From contig CANRHP010000001.1 of assembly GCA_947630455.1 (NCBI GenBank), forward strand, positions 25,651 to 89,650: a stretch of DNA of 64,000 nt, read 5' to 3'. Shown one piece after another: positions 33,142-43,742 of the stretch. The position numbers and the translations under genes are program-made. Below the pieces are notes generated by a model. It made no database searches. It was not told the origin of the DNA and saw nothing but the letters and a program-made list of their open reading frames with translations. This DNA is from an uncultured Clostridia bacterium (GTDB taxonomy: Bacteria > Bacillota > Clostridia > Christensenellales > CAG-314). Every line of letters begins with the position of its first letter. Within the stretch, counting starts at the first letter, position 1.

Positions 33142-34713
33142 CTATATTTCGTCAACTATGCGCATGGCTATGCGAAGTCCATCAACAGCAGATGATACGA
33201 TACCGCCGGCATACCCAGCACCCTCGCCCACAGGATACAAGTTTTTAAGATTGCTTTGCAAGTTGTCACCGCGCACAATTCTCACCGGAGACGATGTGCG
33301 GCTCTCCACGGCGGTAAGCACACCATTTGTACCGAACCCGCGAATTTTACGGTCAAAACACTCCAACCCCTCGCATAGCGTGCGAGTGATCTGTTCGGGG
33401 AAGATCGTTCGCAAATCCGCAGATTTTACGCCGCGCGGATAACTTGGACTGACGTCGAAAGACGTGCTTGTGCGATTGGCAAGAAAATCCGTTACATTTT
33501 GCGCCGGCGCAATATATTTTCCGCCGCCAAGAATAAACGCGCGACGTTCCAATTCACGCTGAAAATTCACTCCTGCGAAAGGTCCGTTACCATAGCCGTA
33601 GGAGGCAACGTCTTCTGCAGTAACATTGACGACAAGCGCGCTGTTGGAATTTGCGTCATTGCGCGCATAGTTGCTCATACCGTTTACAACTACGCCGTCG
33701 CTTTCCGAAGCGGCAGCAACAACTACGCCGCCCGGACACATACAAAAGCTATAACAGCTGTGCGTGTCTCCGTTCATAACGAGCTTGTAGCTTGCAGCAG
33801 GCAAATCACGATGGGTGGCAAAAAGAGAACCGTACTGAGCAAGATTTATAAATTTGCGGCTGTGCTCCACACGTACTCCCACCGCAAATGGTTTGAATGT
33901 GAGCTCTGCACCTAAAGCGTTTAGCAAACGAAATGTATCACGCGCGCTGTGACCGCAAGCAAGAACAACTTTGTCGGCAGACAGCGTAATTCCATTGTCA
34001 AGTCTGACTCCTTTGACAGAGCCTTTATCCAGTAATAAGTCAGTAACTTCTGCATTAAAAATGAACTCACCACCGTTGTGCAGGATCTCATCACGCATAT
34101 CTGCAACGACACAAACCAATCTGTCCGTGCCGACGTGCGGTAGGGATGAGGTCAAAATATCTTCCGGCGCACCGCTGCGTACAAGCTGACGAAAGACAGT
34201 GTGCGTCAAAGGCGAAGAAATTCCGCTTGTAAGCTTGCCGTCGGAAAATGTTCCCGCTCCGCCCAGGCCGAACTGCACATTGGTATTTTCGTTCAACTCT
34301 CCGCCATAAAAAAAACACCGTACTATTTTCTGCCGCTCATCGACATCCGAACCGCGTTCGACCACTGTTACATGTACGCCGCTTTTTACCAGATACAGCG
34401 CTGCAAAAAGTCCTGCCGGTCCCGCGCCTACAACTACTACATGCATTTTTGTGGGGTTGGACACTGTCCGCATCAACACATCCGCAGGATACTTAAACGG
34501 AACGGCGTTTTGCGGCGCGCGAGTTGTTTCCACCAAATAAGAACATACGAAATGCACATTGGACTTATCCCGCGCATCCACACTTTGACGATGAAGAGCA
34601 ACGCTTTTGAGCTCGCCGGGTTTAATTTTCAGCAAATTATGCAGCCGCGCGACGACATCGTTTACATTTTGCCCTATTGGAATATTGATTGGTTTTGTAA
34701 GATAAAATCCCAT
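33142..34713 (-). CDS. NAD(P)/FAD-dependent oxidoreductase (COG2509-type)
   Basis: Dinucleotide fold VVVVGAGPAGLFAALYL. C-terminal LYPVGEGAGYAGGIVSSAVDG is typical of this family. Confidence 0.8.
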   Translation of the reverse strand: MGFYLTKPINIPIGQNVNDVVARLHNLLKIKPGELKSVALHRQSVDARDKSNVHFVCSYLVETTRAPQNAVPFKYPADVLMRTVSNPTKMHVVVVGAGPAGLFAALYLVKSGVHVTVVERGSDVDERQKIVRCFFYGGELNENTNVQFGLGGAGTFSDGKLTSGISSPLTHTVFRQLVRSGAPEDILTSSLPHVGTDRLVCVVADMRDEILHNGGEFIFNAEVTDLLLDKGSVKGVRLDNGITLSADKVVLACGHSARDTFRLLNALGAELTFKPFAVGVRVEHSRKFINLAQYGSLFATHRDLPAASYKLVMNGDTHSCYSFCMCPGGVVVAAASESDGVVVNGMSNYARNDANSNSALVVNVTAEDVASYGYGNGPFAGVNFQRELERRAFILGGGKYIAPAQNVTDFLANRTSTSFDVSPSYPRGVKSADLRTIFPEQITRTLCEGLECFDRKIRGFGTNGVLTAVESRTSSPVRIVRGDNLQSNLKNLYPVGEGAGYAGGIVSSAVDGLRIAMRIVDEI

Positions 34714-34870
34714 ATTACTATGCCAGAAATAGTATCGTATATTTTACATTTTTATAGAGTAGTAGAATTTATTTATACAAAATAAAACAATAACTCTATA
34801 GTTTGAAAACGTTTTTTTTCATTTTATGTACTGCTTTTCAAGTCCACGAGAAACATTACATAATGAGGCT

Positions 34871-36043
34871 CTATGACAATGAAAAGGCTATTTCTCTTTC
34901 ATCAGGAGTGAATACAAAAAGCGCTGAAGCCGCCGCAAAATAGAGATTGTAACCGCCGCATATTCCATCAACGTTTAACGCCTCGCCCAAAGCAATCACA
35001 CCATTGCTCAGCTTCAGCGAATCGGAAAGATAACCCTCGTCTATTCCGCCGGCAGTTGCCTGACTCATGGACCAATCCAGCAATCGGTCAAAATCAAAGG
35101 TCAGATGCTTTGCCAGATGGGCAGCCTCCATTGTGCTACTGCTGCCGCCTATACGGCGCAAAATATGCGCAGCGAGTTTGTTGTGCAGTATTCCGTAAAA
35201 GGCTTTTTCTCGCTCACCCGCCAACATACGCTTGTATAGTATTTCCTCCAAAATCCATTCGTCAAGATCTGGCACAACATCCATTTCAAAACGGTAGTCG
35301 CCATTTTTTCGAAGTACGTTTCGGCGGGCAATAATCGCCGATAAGTTAAGTATGCAGATACCCGAAAGCCCGTAATCACGAAAAAGCACTTCCCCCTGTT
35401 GACTGCCCAACACAATATCATGATCCGATAATGTGACTTTTGCCCGCACGCGAAGTCCGTTAAGGGTACCGTCGGGATCGCGAACCTTTACCGGCACAAG
35501 AGACGGCACGGTCGGCGTCAGCGCTGTTGAAGGTACAAGCTGTTCCAAAAAAGTCGGTGCAGCCTGCGAACGACTGCCGCAAGCTACAACAACCTTGTCA
35601 AAATAGACCTTTTGCCCGTTTATCACGACCTCATAGCCACCGCGTATTTTGGCAACGCACGTCACCAATGCATCTGTAAGCAGCTTGCCTCCAAACTTGG
35701 ATAATTGATATCTAAGACAATCCACAACATTAGAAGCACTGTCCGAAAGCGGATATACACGTCCCTCACAGTCAGAATAAGTGAATATCCCGCAGCTGTT
35801 CAGAAAACGTTTGTATTCGTCAACGGGCACTGCTTCCAACACACGTTTGACAAGTTTTGAGCGATTGTAACATGCCGCGGTGACATTGTCGTTGCCTATG
35901 TTGCATTTGCCGTTTCCCGTCATAGCAAGCTTTTTACCTACGCGGCTGTTTCGTTCGGCAACCGTGACGTCATAACCGTTTTTGCAGGCGACTACTGCAT
36001 AAGTGAGACCGGCCATACCGCCGCCGATAACAAGAGTTTTCAT
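34871..36043 (-). CDS. HI0933/BaiN-like flavoprotein (aminoacetone oxidase family)
   Basis: MKTLVIGGGMAGLTYA...AERNSRVGKKLAMTGNGKCNIGN and C-terminal ATAGGID motifs. Confidence 0.8.
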   Translation of the reverse strand: MKTLVIGGGMAGLTYAVVACKNGYDVTVAERNSRVGKKLAMTGNGKCNIGNDNVTAACYNRSKLVKRVLEAVPVDEYKRFLNSCGIFTYSDCEGRVYPLSDSASNVVDCLRYQLSKFGGKLLTDALVTCVAKIRGGYEVVINGQKVYFDKVVVACGSRSQAAPTFLEQLVPSTALTPTVPSLVPVKVRDPDGTLNGLRVRAKVTLSDHDIVLGSQQGEVLFRDYGLSGICILNLSAIIARRNVLRKNGDYRFEMDVVPDLDEWILEEILYKRMLAGEREKAFYGILHNKLAAHILRRIGGSSSTMEAAHLAKHLTFDFDRLLDWSMSQATAGGIDEGYLSDSLKLSNGVIALGEALNVDGICGGYNLYFAAASALFVFTPDEREIAFSLS

Positions 36044-36200
36044 AATTACCTCACGGTATATTGTAGTTGATTAAAGTAATTTAGTCAAGATAATTTAGTT
36101 TGCATATCCAACACATGGATTTTCGGCGATCTTGCTTTCCGAAGTACAATTTCGTCATGCGAAAATAAAAATTTGTCCTTATGTTGTTTCAAAGATAAAA

Positions 36201-37271
36201 TCAGATTTTTGAGTTAATTAAATATCCATATAAAGAATTGAGAATAGAATGTCGTGAGTATAGGCGTACAGTATGTTCGGACAGTTCTACACGTAGGATA
36301 TCTGAATCGACGGAGTAACTTTTGTTTTCCAAATGCAGCTCATGCGTAGACTGTTTGAGAAAACACTCCAGCCTGTGCGCCATTTCCCAAAGAGGACAGC
36401 TATGCAACACAGTAGTAACAAAAAATTTGCTTTCTTCTTTTTCCGCGACGGAAAGCAGCTTGTAATAGGACGGACAGTTGGTAACAAGCGTATCGGCGCC
36501 GTCCGGATTGAAAAAATTGCCTATTCTGATGGGAATAGCGCATGATTGACAAGGAGCAACGGCATCCGGATGCAAAACCTCGGCTCCTGCCAAAGAAAGC
36601 ATGCGCATTTCTGCGTAGCTCATCCCTGCAACCGTTGCAACGTTGTGCACCTTGGCAGGGTTGGCAACGCACACTCCGTTGACATCAGTCCAGTTTTCAT
36701 ACAACGACGCGTTAAGCGCAGCGGCAACGATGGCACCCGTCACATCTCCACCGCCCCGCGAAAATGTCTTTCTGCCGTTAATACCTCCACCGTAAAAGCC
36801 GCCCAAAACATGCTGCTTGCCGTCGCAAAAGACATCACGAACATTGGAATAGGTTTGTGCAGCATCCAAGACGCCCTTTTCATCAAAGCGTATCACATTT
36901 TCCGCCTCTACATAGCTCGTACCGAGAAATGCCGCCACAATGCGCGCGGACAACTCCTCCCCGAGAGACGCACAATACTCACGATTGCAGCTTGCCGCAC
37001 GCAATCTTGCATCTGACAACAAGGCCTCCACATCTACCGCAATGCCATTGACCTCGACAAGTCGACGGTATTTGTCCGCAATTGTTGCCCAAGCTTGCTG
37101 ATTGCCGGTTTCGTAGTAATCAAGCAAAAGATCCGTCACTTTGACATCATCCTTGTACTCCCTGCCGACTGCGCTGACCACCACGGCACAGTGATTTTTC
37201 GTAACAATGCGTTTGAGATAAATGAGATTGCGCGGAGTTACCGCCGTGCCGCCGAATTTTGCCACAATCAT
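36201..37271 (-). CDS. aspartate kinase-like amino acid kinase (short C-terminal regulatory region)
   Basis: MIVAKFGGTAV, VVVSAVG...KVTDLL, SRGGGDVTGAIVAAAL, TDVNGV...NP, SYAEMRMLSLAGAEVLHP. Only about 90 aa follow the kinase domain. No SD before the ATG. Confidence 0.65.
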   Translation of the reverse strand: MIVAKFGGTAVTPRNLIYLKRIVTKNHCAVVVSAVGREYKDDVKVTDLLLDYYETGNQQAWATIADKYRRLVEVNGIAVDVEALLSDARLRAASCNREYCASLGEELSARIVAAFLGTSYVEAENVIRFDEKGVLDAAQTYSNVRDVFCDGKQHVLGGFYGGGINGRKTFSRGGGDVTGAIVAAALNASLYENWTDVNGVCVANPAKVHNVATVAGMSYAEMRMLSLAGAEVLHPDAVAPCQSCAIPIRIGNFFNPDGADTLVTNCPSYYKLLSVAEKEESKFFVTTVLHSCPLWEMAHRLECFLKQSTHELHLENKSYSVDSDILRVELSEHTVRLYSRHSILNSLYGYLINSKI

Positions 37272-37518
37272 GCAATATCTTACGGTTTATAGCTTGCGAA
37301 TATACAAAAACCACCGCAAAATAGTCCACGACTTGCACAAAACTGTTAAATAACAGCTATCGAAGAGAAATATAGATCTCTTTGAGGAAACCGTCGCACC
37401 GCGCACTTTAAACAGGACTACGTTTACAAGCTTGTCAAAATACTTGACATACACACTGTACTCCGTCGGCAATTTCTTTCCTTGTTAGTAATACAGAAAT
37501 GTCGAGTACTGCACGGTA

Positions 37519-37546
37519 ATTTTATAACAATTGTTATATGGTTCAA
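37519..37546 (-). promoter_or_regulatory. promoter with embedded 16-bp perfect palindrome upstream of the aspartokinase-like gene
   Basis: Minus strand: TTGAAC (37541-37546), 16 nt, TAAAAT (37519-37524). The spacer is filled by TATAACAATTGTTATA (37523-37538). Confidence 0.45.
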
Positions 37547-37591
37547 GCTCTTTTATTCACGACAAGGCTTGTATGACCCTGTTTATCTTAC

Positions 37592-37626
37592 AAAAAAACG
37601 ACCGAAGATTTTCGGTCGATTTTTTC
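37592..37626 (-). terminator. terminator after cdaA and the micro-ORF (bidirectional shape)
   Basis: CGACCGAA-gatt-TTCGGTCG (37599-37618), flanked by A7 on the left and T6 on the right. Confidence 0.8.
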
Positions 37627-37676
37627 AAAAATGTTTATCTCACATCAAACGAACAGAACCATTTCTTTTGCGGCGA

Positions 37677-37805
37677 TCATGCACAAAATGCGATCAATAA
37701 TACGCTCAAAACGGCGCAGCCCAAAGCAAGCAACAGCAATACAAAATAGTGCTTGAAAAAATGTGCAATTCTTTGAGACGCAGTCATTCCTTTTTTCTTT
37801 TTCAT
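37677..37805 (-). CDS. hypothetical 42-aa single-TM protein, start adjacent to the cdaA stop
   Basis: ATG at 37805 lies 2 nt after the cdaA TAA. Translation MKKKKGMTASQRIAHFFKHYFVLLLLALGCAVLSVLLIAFCA has a basic N-terminus and one hydrophobic helix. Too short for the ORF track. Confidence 0.35.
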   Translation of the reverse strand: MKKKKGMTASQRIAHFFKHYFVLLLLALGCAVLSVLLIAFCA

Positions 37806-37807
37806 GA

Positions 37808-38644
37808 TTATTTTTCTCCCCAAAGTCTTTCTTCAGCGCTTTCGTCAGCCAAACCCATTGCACATTCCAATATATCCTGCAGTTGGCGGCTATCAAGATA
37901 GCGCTTTATCTTGCCATCGTGCATAGCGGAAATTATACCCGTTTCTTCACTTACCACGATAGCCGTACAGTCGGGAAACGCCGCCGCAACCCCTATCGCC
38001 GCACGATGACGCGTGCCGAACTCCCTGGGCAAGTTTTGCGCTTGCGTAAGAGGTAAATAGCAACCGGCCGACAAAACCTTGTTGGCTGTGATGATTACCG
38101 CGCCGTCGTGCAACGGAGTTTTTGGAAAAAACAACGTTTCGATGAGCTCTGCCGTTATTTCCGAATTTACTTTGATCCCGCTTTCCAGGATTTCATCCGA
38201 CATATGGTCGGCAAGCACAATCAGCGCACCTGTATCTGTTTTGGAAAGGCGCAGGCAGGATTTGATAATTTCGGATACCGACTTTCTCAAATCTTCGCTG
38301 CCGTAGTGATCGGCAAGATTTTCACGAAAGCTCTTGCGTTTCAAAGACAAACGGAAAATGTGACGGCTTATATCGGAAATGAACAGCATCAGTCCCAACA
38401 CCATCAGCAAAGCTAAAATAATGTAGACGTAGAAACGAAGCTCTGCGGAGGTCGTCAAAAAAGATAAGACAAACAATACCACCACTACACTTATCACAAT
38501 GTATGTGTACAGCTGCAAATTTCGTTTTTTTGCGTAATAGAAGAACAAAAAATAAACGCACGTGAGCGCAGCCACAAATATAATTCGAGTGACCAACAAA
38601 TTTATGTCCACGTCCGAAAAGATGCCTTTTAAAAATTCCTGCAT
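37808..38644 (-). CDS. cdaA: diadenylate cyclase CdaA
   Basis: Three N-terminal TM helices plus a DAC domain: TGALIVL, LHDGAVII, GTRHRAAIG, VVSEETGIIS. Confidence 0.93.
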   Translation of the reverse strand: MQEFLKGIFSDVDINLLVTRIIFVAALTCVYFLFFYYAKKRNLQLYTYIVISVVVVLFVLSFLTTSAELRFYVYIILALLMVLGLMLFISDISRHIFRLSLKRKSFRENLADHYGSEDLRKSVSEIIKSCLRLSKTDTGALIVLADHMSDEILESGIKVNSEITAELIETLFFPKTPLHDGAVIITANKVLSAGCYLPLTQAQNLPREFGTRHRAAIGVAAAFPDCTAIVVSEETGIISAMHDGKIKRYLDSRQLQDILECAMGLADESAEERLWGEK

Positions 38645-38923
38645 ATCGTCTACCTATCGTTGCATTGTGTCCATATGGACACAAATATTATACTATATTT
38701 TTTTATATAATACAATATTTTACGAAAAAAATAAAGCATATATAAATACTTTTTCTTTATTTTGCGATTCTAATTTGTAATTTGTGATCAAAAATGACCT
38801 TTTTATACCTCAATAGTGATAAATTTGTTTAATTTGTTTATTTTTGTCGATTTCAACTGCGTGACGTTGAGTATAAACAATTTTTACAACACACAAGCAT
38901 ATATTGATATCCGGAGGAAAAAC

Positions 38924-39814
38924 ATGCTTAAAATTGCAATTGTCGGTTATGGAAATTTGGGGAAAAGCCTTGAAAAAGAAACGCAAAAAAACACAGAGAC
39001 GGAGCTTGTCGCTGTGTACTCCCGACGGGAAATAAACCATCCGCGTTACCGTCCGATGAAGGAAATAGGCAAAAAACAAGACTTTGACGTGGCAATGCTT
39101 GCCCTTGGCAGCTACTCGGATATAGAAAGCTACGCCAACGCCTTTGAAAACATAGATACCGTTGACAGCTTTGACACTCATGCCAAAATTGCCGAGTACA
39201 AAGCATACCTCAACAGCGTCAAAAAAGAAAGTCTTGCGATCATATCCACCGGGTGGGATCCGGGACTTTTGTCCTTAGCGAGAGCGGTTTTCGGCATAGG
39301 CGCAACGGAATATGCCACGTTGTGGGGCGAGGGAGTATCACAAGGACACAGCAACGCTATTCGGGCGATACCCGGTGTGTTGGACGCCGTGCAGTTTACC
39401 GTGCCTAAGGCCGACGCTTTGACGCGCGTAAGCAAGGGCGTAACCGACGGAAAGCTCCTGCATGACCGCATTTGCTATGTTGCATGCGTGGAAAACGATA
39501 AAAAAGAAATAGAAAAACAAATACTGAGCATGCCAAATTACTTTGAGGGTTACACTACTGTTGTGCACTTTGTTTCGCAGCAGGAAGTACGCGAATTGAA
39601 AAGACGTACCCACCACCGGGGGCAAGTGATCTGCACGGGTGAGGGCTTCGAAGCAAATTGTACCGTTACTCTTGACAACAACCCCGACTACACCGCAAAA
39701 ATAATGCTCGCTTACGCGCATGCACTGCCGCAATTGAAAGCGGACGGCTATCGCGGAGCCGTAGATGTATTTGATATACCGATGAAATATTTGGCGTCTG
39801 CAACAATGCTTTAG
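38924..39814 (+). CDS. ddh: meso-diaminopimelate D-dehydrogenase
   Basis: MLKIAIVGYGNLGKS, STGWDPG, WGEGVSQGHSNAIR and DNNPDYTA closely parallel Corynebacterium Ddh. GGAGGA SD before the ATG at 38924. Confidence 0.9.
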   Translation: MLKIAIVGYGNLGKSLEKETQKNTETELVAVYSRREINHPRYRPMKEIGKKQDFDVAMLALGSYSDIESYANAFENIDTVDSFDTHAKIAEYKAYLNSVKKESLAIISTGWDPGLLSLARAVFGIGATEYATLWGEGVSQGHSNAIRAIPGVLDAVQFTVPKADALTRVSKGVTDGKLLHDRICYVACVENDKKEIEKQILSMPNYFEGYTTVVHFVSQQEVRELKRRTHHRGQVICTGEGFEANCTVTLDNNPDYTAKIMLAYAHALPQLKADGYRGAVDVFDIPMKYLASATML

Positions 39815-39842
39815 AAAAATATTAAAAAACGGATATACCCAC

Positions 39843-39884
39843 ACAAAAACCCTCTTCCCGCTGTTTTGCAGCAACGGAAGAGGG
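39843..39884 (-). terminator. terminator after the dCMP deaminase gene
   Basis: 10-bp stem CCCTCTTCCG / CGGAAGAGGG, followed on the minus strand by TTTTTG. Confidence 0.7.
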
Positions 39885-40034
39885 AACAATAAACTCAATT
39901 ATCTTTTGAAAAATTACTTATATTGAACATTTGGTACAGAACAGCAGAGATAACAATCCCCAAAAATGCCGATATTTATTTTCCATCAAAGCTCCGATAA
40001 AATACGACTTCAAAAACTTTGACGCCCGACGCGC

Positions 40035-40487
40035 TCAAGGCTCCTGATAACGGTCAAGCAGAATACCGGCTTCTTTGAGCACTTCGACAGCAAACTCGTC
40101 GGGGTAGCCTTCCTTGTACACCACACGCTTTATCCCGGCGTTGACAATCAATTTTGCGCAAATTACACAGGGCTGATGTGTGCAATATAATGTGGATCCG
40201 TCAAGGCATACTCCCATGCGGGCGGCATTTACTATGGCATTCTGCTCCGCATGCACTGAATAACATTTTTCCAAATTTGTACCGCTGGGTATCCCCAACT
40301 TGATACGCATACACTCACCCTTTTCCTTGCAGCTGGGTATTCCTTCGGGCGCGCCGTTGTAGCCGGTACAAAGAACACGCTTGTCACGCACGATCACCGC
40401 GCCGACCTGACGGTTTTCTTTGAAACAGCTGGACCAGGTTGCAACCTGCTCGGTGAGTTCCATAAATCTTTTATCCCACTTGTTCAT
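40035..40487 (-). CDS. comEB: dCMP deaminase (ComEB-type cytidine/deoxycytidylate deaminase)
   Basis: Zinc motifs HAEQNAI and PCVICAKLI. Confidence 0.88.
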   Translation of the reverse strand: MNKWDKRFMELTEQVATWSSCFKENRQVGAVIVRDKRVLCTGYNGAPEGIPSCKEKGECMRIKLGIPSGTNLEKCYSVHAEQNAIVNAARMGVCLDGSTLYCTHQPCVICAKLIVNAGIKRVVYKEGYPDEFAVEVLKEAGILLDRYQEP

Positions 40488-40488
40488 A

Positions 40489-41043
40489 TCAATACTTCTG
40501 CTTGCGGATCTGTCCGTTCACCTTGTGAATGGTAATTGTGCCCTCTTGGTTCCTTGCTTTTTCCTTGGCGAAAGCAATAGCTTGCGCCTGCGTGTCAAAC
40601 AACTTAAGCGGCTTTGCACCCTTGCTGAGCTTGACCTGCCATTTGCCGTCGGCACGTAAAGAAATGTGATAGTTTTTGGGACGTTTTTGTTCTCGGGCGG
40701 CTTTTTCTTCCTGAGCAGCCTCTTCTTCGGTAGCGGGTTCTATATCCTCTTCCGGCTCGTCATCCTCTTCCTCCACTACAGTAACGTCATTCGCGGATTC
40801 CTCCTCGATCGGCGCGTTGTCAGTGGATTGAACGGCCGGCTGTGCTGCCAATGTCTCATCCTTTGTCTCGACGTCCTTTGATTGAGGCTGTTCCGCTGCA
40901 GATTCATCTTTGAGCGCAGACTTTTTGCGCGCCAGAACAGCAATTACAACAATCAGCGCCAAAATAACTATCAAGCCTAAAACGGCAAGCAAATGCCACA
41001 ACAGCACGTCAAAAGAACCAACTGAAAACAATACTTTATCCAT
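40489..41043 (-). CDS. membrane-anchored DUF2188 domain protein
   Basis: N-terminal TM helix, acidic E/A-rich linker, and C-terminal YHISLRADGKWQVKLSKGAKPLKLFDTQAQAIAFAKEKARNQEGTITIHKVNGQIRK, which matches the DUF2188 pattern. Confidence 0.65.
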   Translation of the reverse strand: MDKVLFSVGSFDVLLWHLLAVLGLIVILALIVVIAVLARKKSALKDESAAEQPQSKDVETKDETLAAQPAVQSTDNAPIEEESANDVTVVEEEDDEPEEDIEPATEEEAAQEEKAAREQKRPKNYHISLRADGKWQVKLSKGAKPLKLFDTQAQAIAFAKEKARNQEGTITIHKVNGQIRKQKY

Positions 41044-41166
41044 AATTTTCTCCTTTGGTTAAGTATTACAGAAATAGTATATCATTTTTGTGCAAAAATA
41101 ACAATACTTTGAAAATATTTTCTTTGTACTTCGTCAAAAAAATTACAAAATAAGCAAGTAATTGTG

Positions 41167-41194
41167 TTGACATTTTGCAAATGTGTAGTATAAT
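41167..41194 (+). promoter_or_regulatory. sigma-A promoter of groESL
   Basis: TTGACA (41167-41172), 16 nt, TATAAT (41189-41194). Confidence 0.75.
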
Positions 41195-41198
41195 ATAG

Positions 41199-41225
41199 TT
41201 AGCAGTCGAGGCGTTTGACTGCTAA
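41199..41225 (+). promoter_or_regulatory. CIRCE (HrcA operator) variant
   Basis: TTAGCAGTC-N9-GACTGCTAA perfect inverted repeat immediately after the -10. The canonical sequence is TTAGCACTC-N9-GAGTGCTAA. Confidence 0.85.
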
Positions 41226-41259
41226 AAAATTTGGAAACAATATGTTTGGAGGCAAATAA

Positions 41260-41547
41260 ATGAAACTGAAACCGCTTTTTGACAAGGTTGTAGTCAAAAA
41301 AACAGAGGAAAAAGAACAGACGGTGGGAGGAATTTTTCTTCCTACGGCTGCACAGGAAAAGCAGGAGGTTGCTGTTGTTGTGGCAGTGGGCGAGGGCGGA
41401 CTGATCGACGGAAAAGAAGTAAAGATGATCGTGTCTGTCGGCGACAAGGTGCTTTACAGCAAGTATGCGGGCAGCACTTTCAAAATTGACGGCGAGGAAG
41501 TTACCGTCATTAAACAAAGCGATATTTTGGCAATTGTGGAGGAATAA
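41260..41547 (+). CDS. groES: co-chaperonin GroES
   Basis: MKLKPLFDKVVVK...GGIFLP...GDKVLYSKYAG. Confidence 0.97.
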   Translation: MKLKPLFDKVVVKKTEEKEQTVGGIFLPTAAQEKQEVAVVVAVGEGGLIDGKEVKMIVSVGDKVLYSKYAGSTFKIDGEEVTVIKQSDILAIVEE

Positions 41548-43173
<1,626 letters not shown>

Positions 43174-43221
43174 TAGACGACGCGGCAAGGCGTTGAACTT
43201 TGTATATAAATTCGGATAATC

Positions 43222-43252
43222 AAAAAAAGCGGTTGCAACACACCGCTTTTTT
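43222..43252 (+). terminator. groESL terminator
   Basis: AAAGCGGT-tgcaacac-ACCGCTTT followed by a T6 run. Confidence 0.8.
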
Positions 43253-43742
43253 CAATTTTCCGTCGGAAATGGAGCTTCCACGTTATTTTTGTCAAGCCAA
43301 ACGTACGGCTCGTAATTGTCCTCTGAATTGACAAATTTATATCATGATATTGAATAAATTTTCTGCCGCAGGGCTTACGCAAGATAGCAATATAAGACAG
43401 TTCCTTTCGGGAAGCCCTCGCCGCTTGCGCCCTTCCTCTTACCCGAAAGCTTCCCAATCCTCTACTGTCGGGACTGTTTTGTCGCTGCGACACCTCGCGG
43501 AATCAATCAGCGCAACCGTCAAATTTGCTGCACAGCCAACCGGTTTACAAAAGACAGAGTTTAAGCAAAACGTCTTAGGACAGTTTGTAATCCGACGATT
43601 TCAAGCTACTTATTTGCAATGCTTTGCAGTCAATCTTCTTGTCCAGAGTGCCGCCAAGTCACCCTTGCAGCAATAATTCACTGCTTGAGCAGATGATAAA
43701 CACGTATTTCGTCATAACAAGACTTCTCAGTCAAACTGAAAC

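Noticed and set aside
37272-37518. An expected lysine riboswitch (L-box) upstream of the aspartokinase-like gene.
   Set aside because: The conserved L-box core sequences I know are absent on the relevant strand.
43344-43676. 110-aa plus-strand ORF in the groEL-downstream gap.
   Set aside because: It has no SD and its ATG sits directly after a promoter-like AT-rich stretch. The composition (S, Q, L, R, T rich) is unlike the real proteins of this genome. The region is treated as non-coding.
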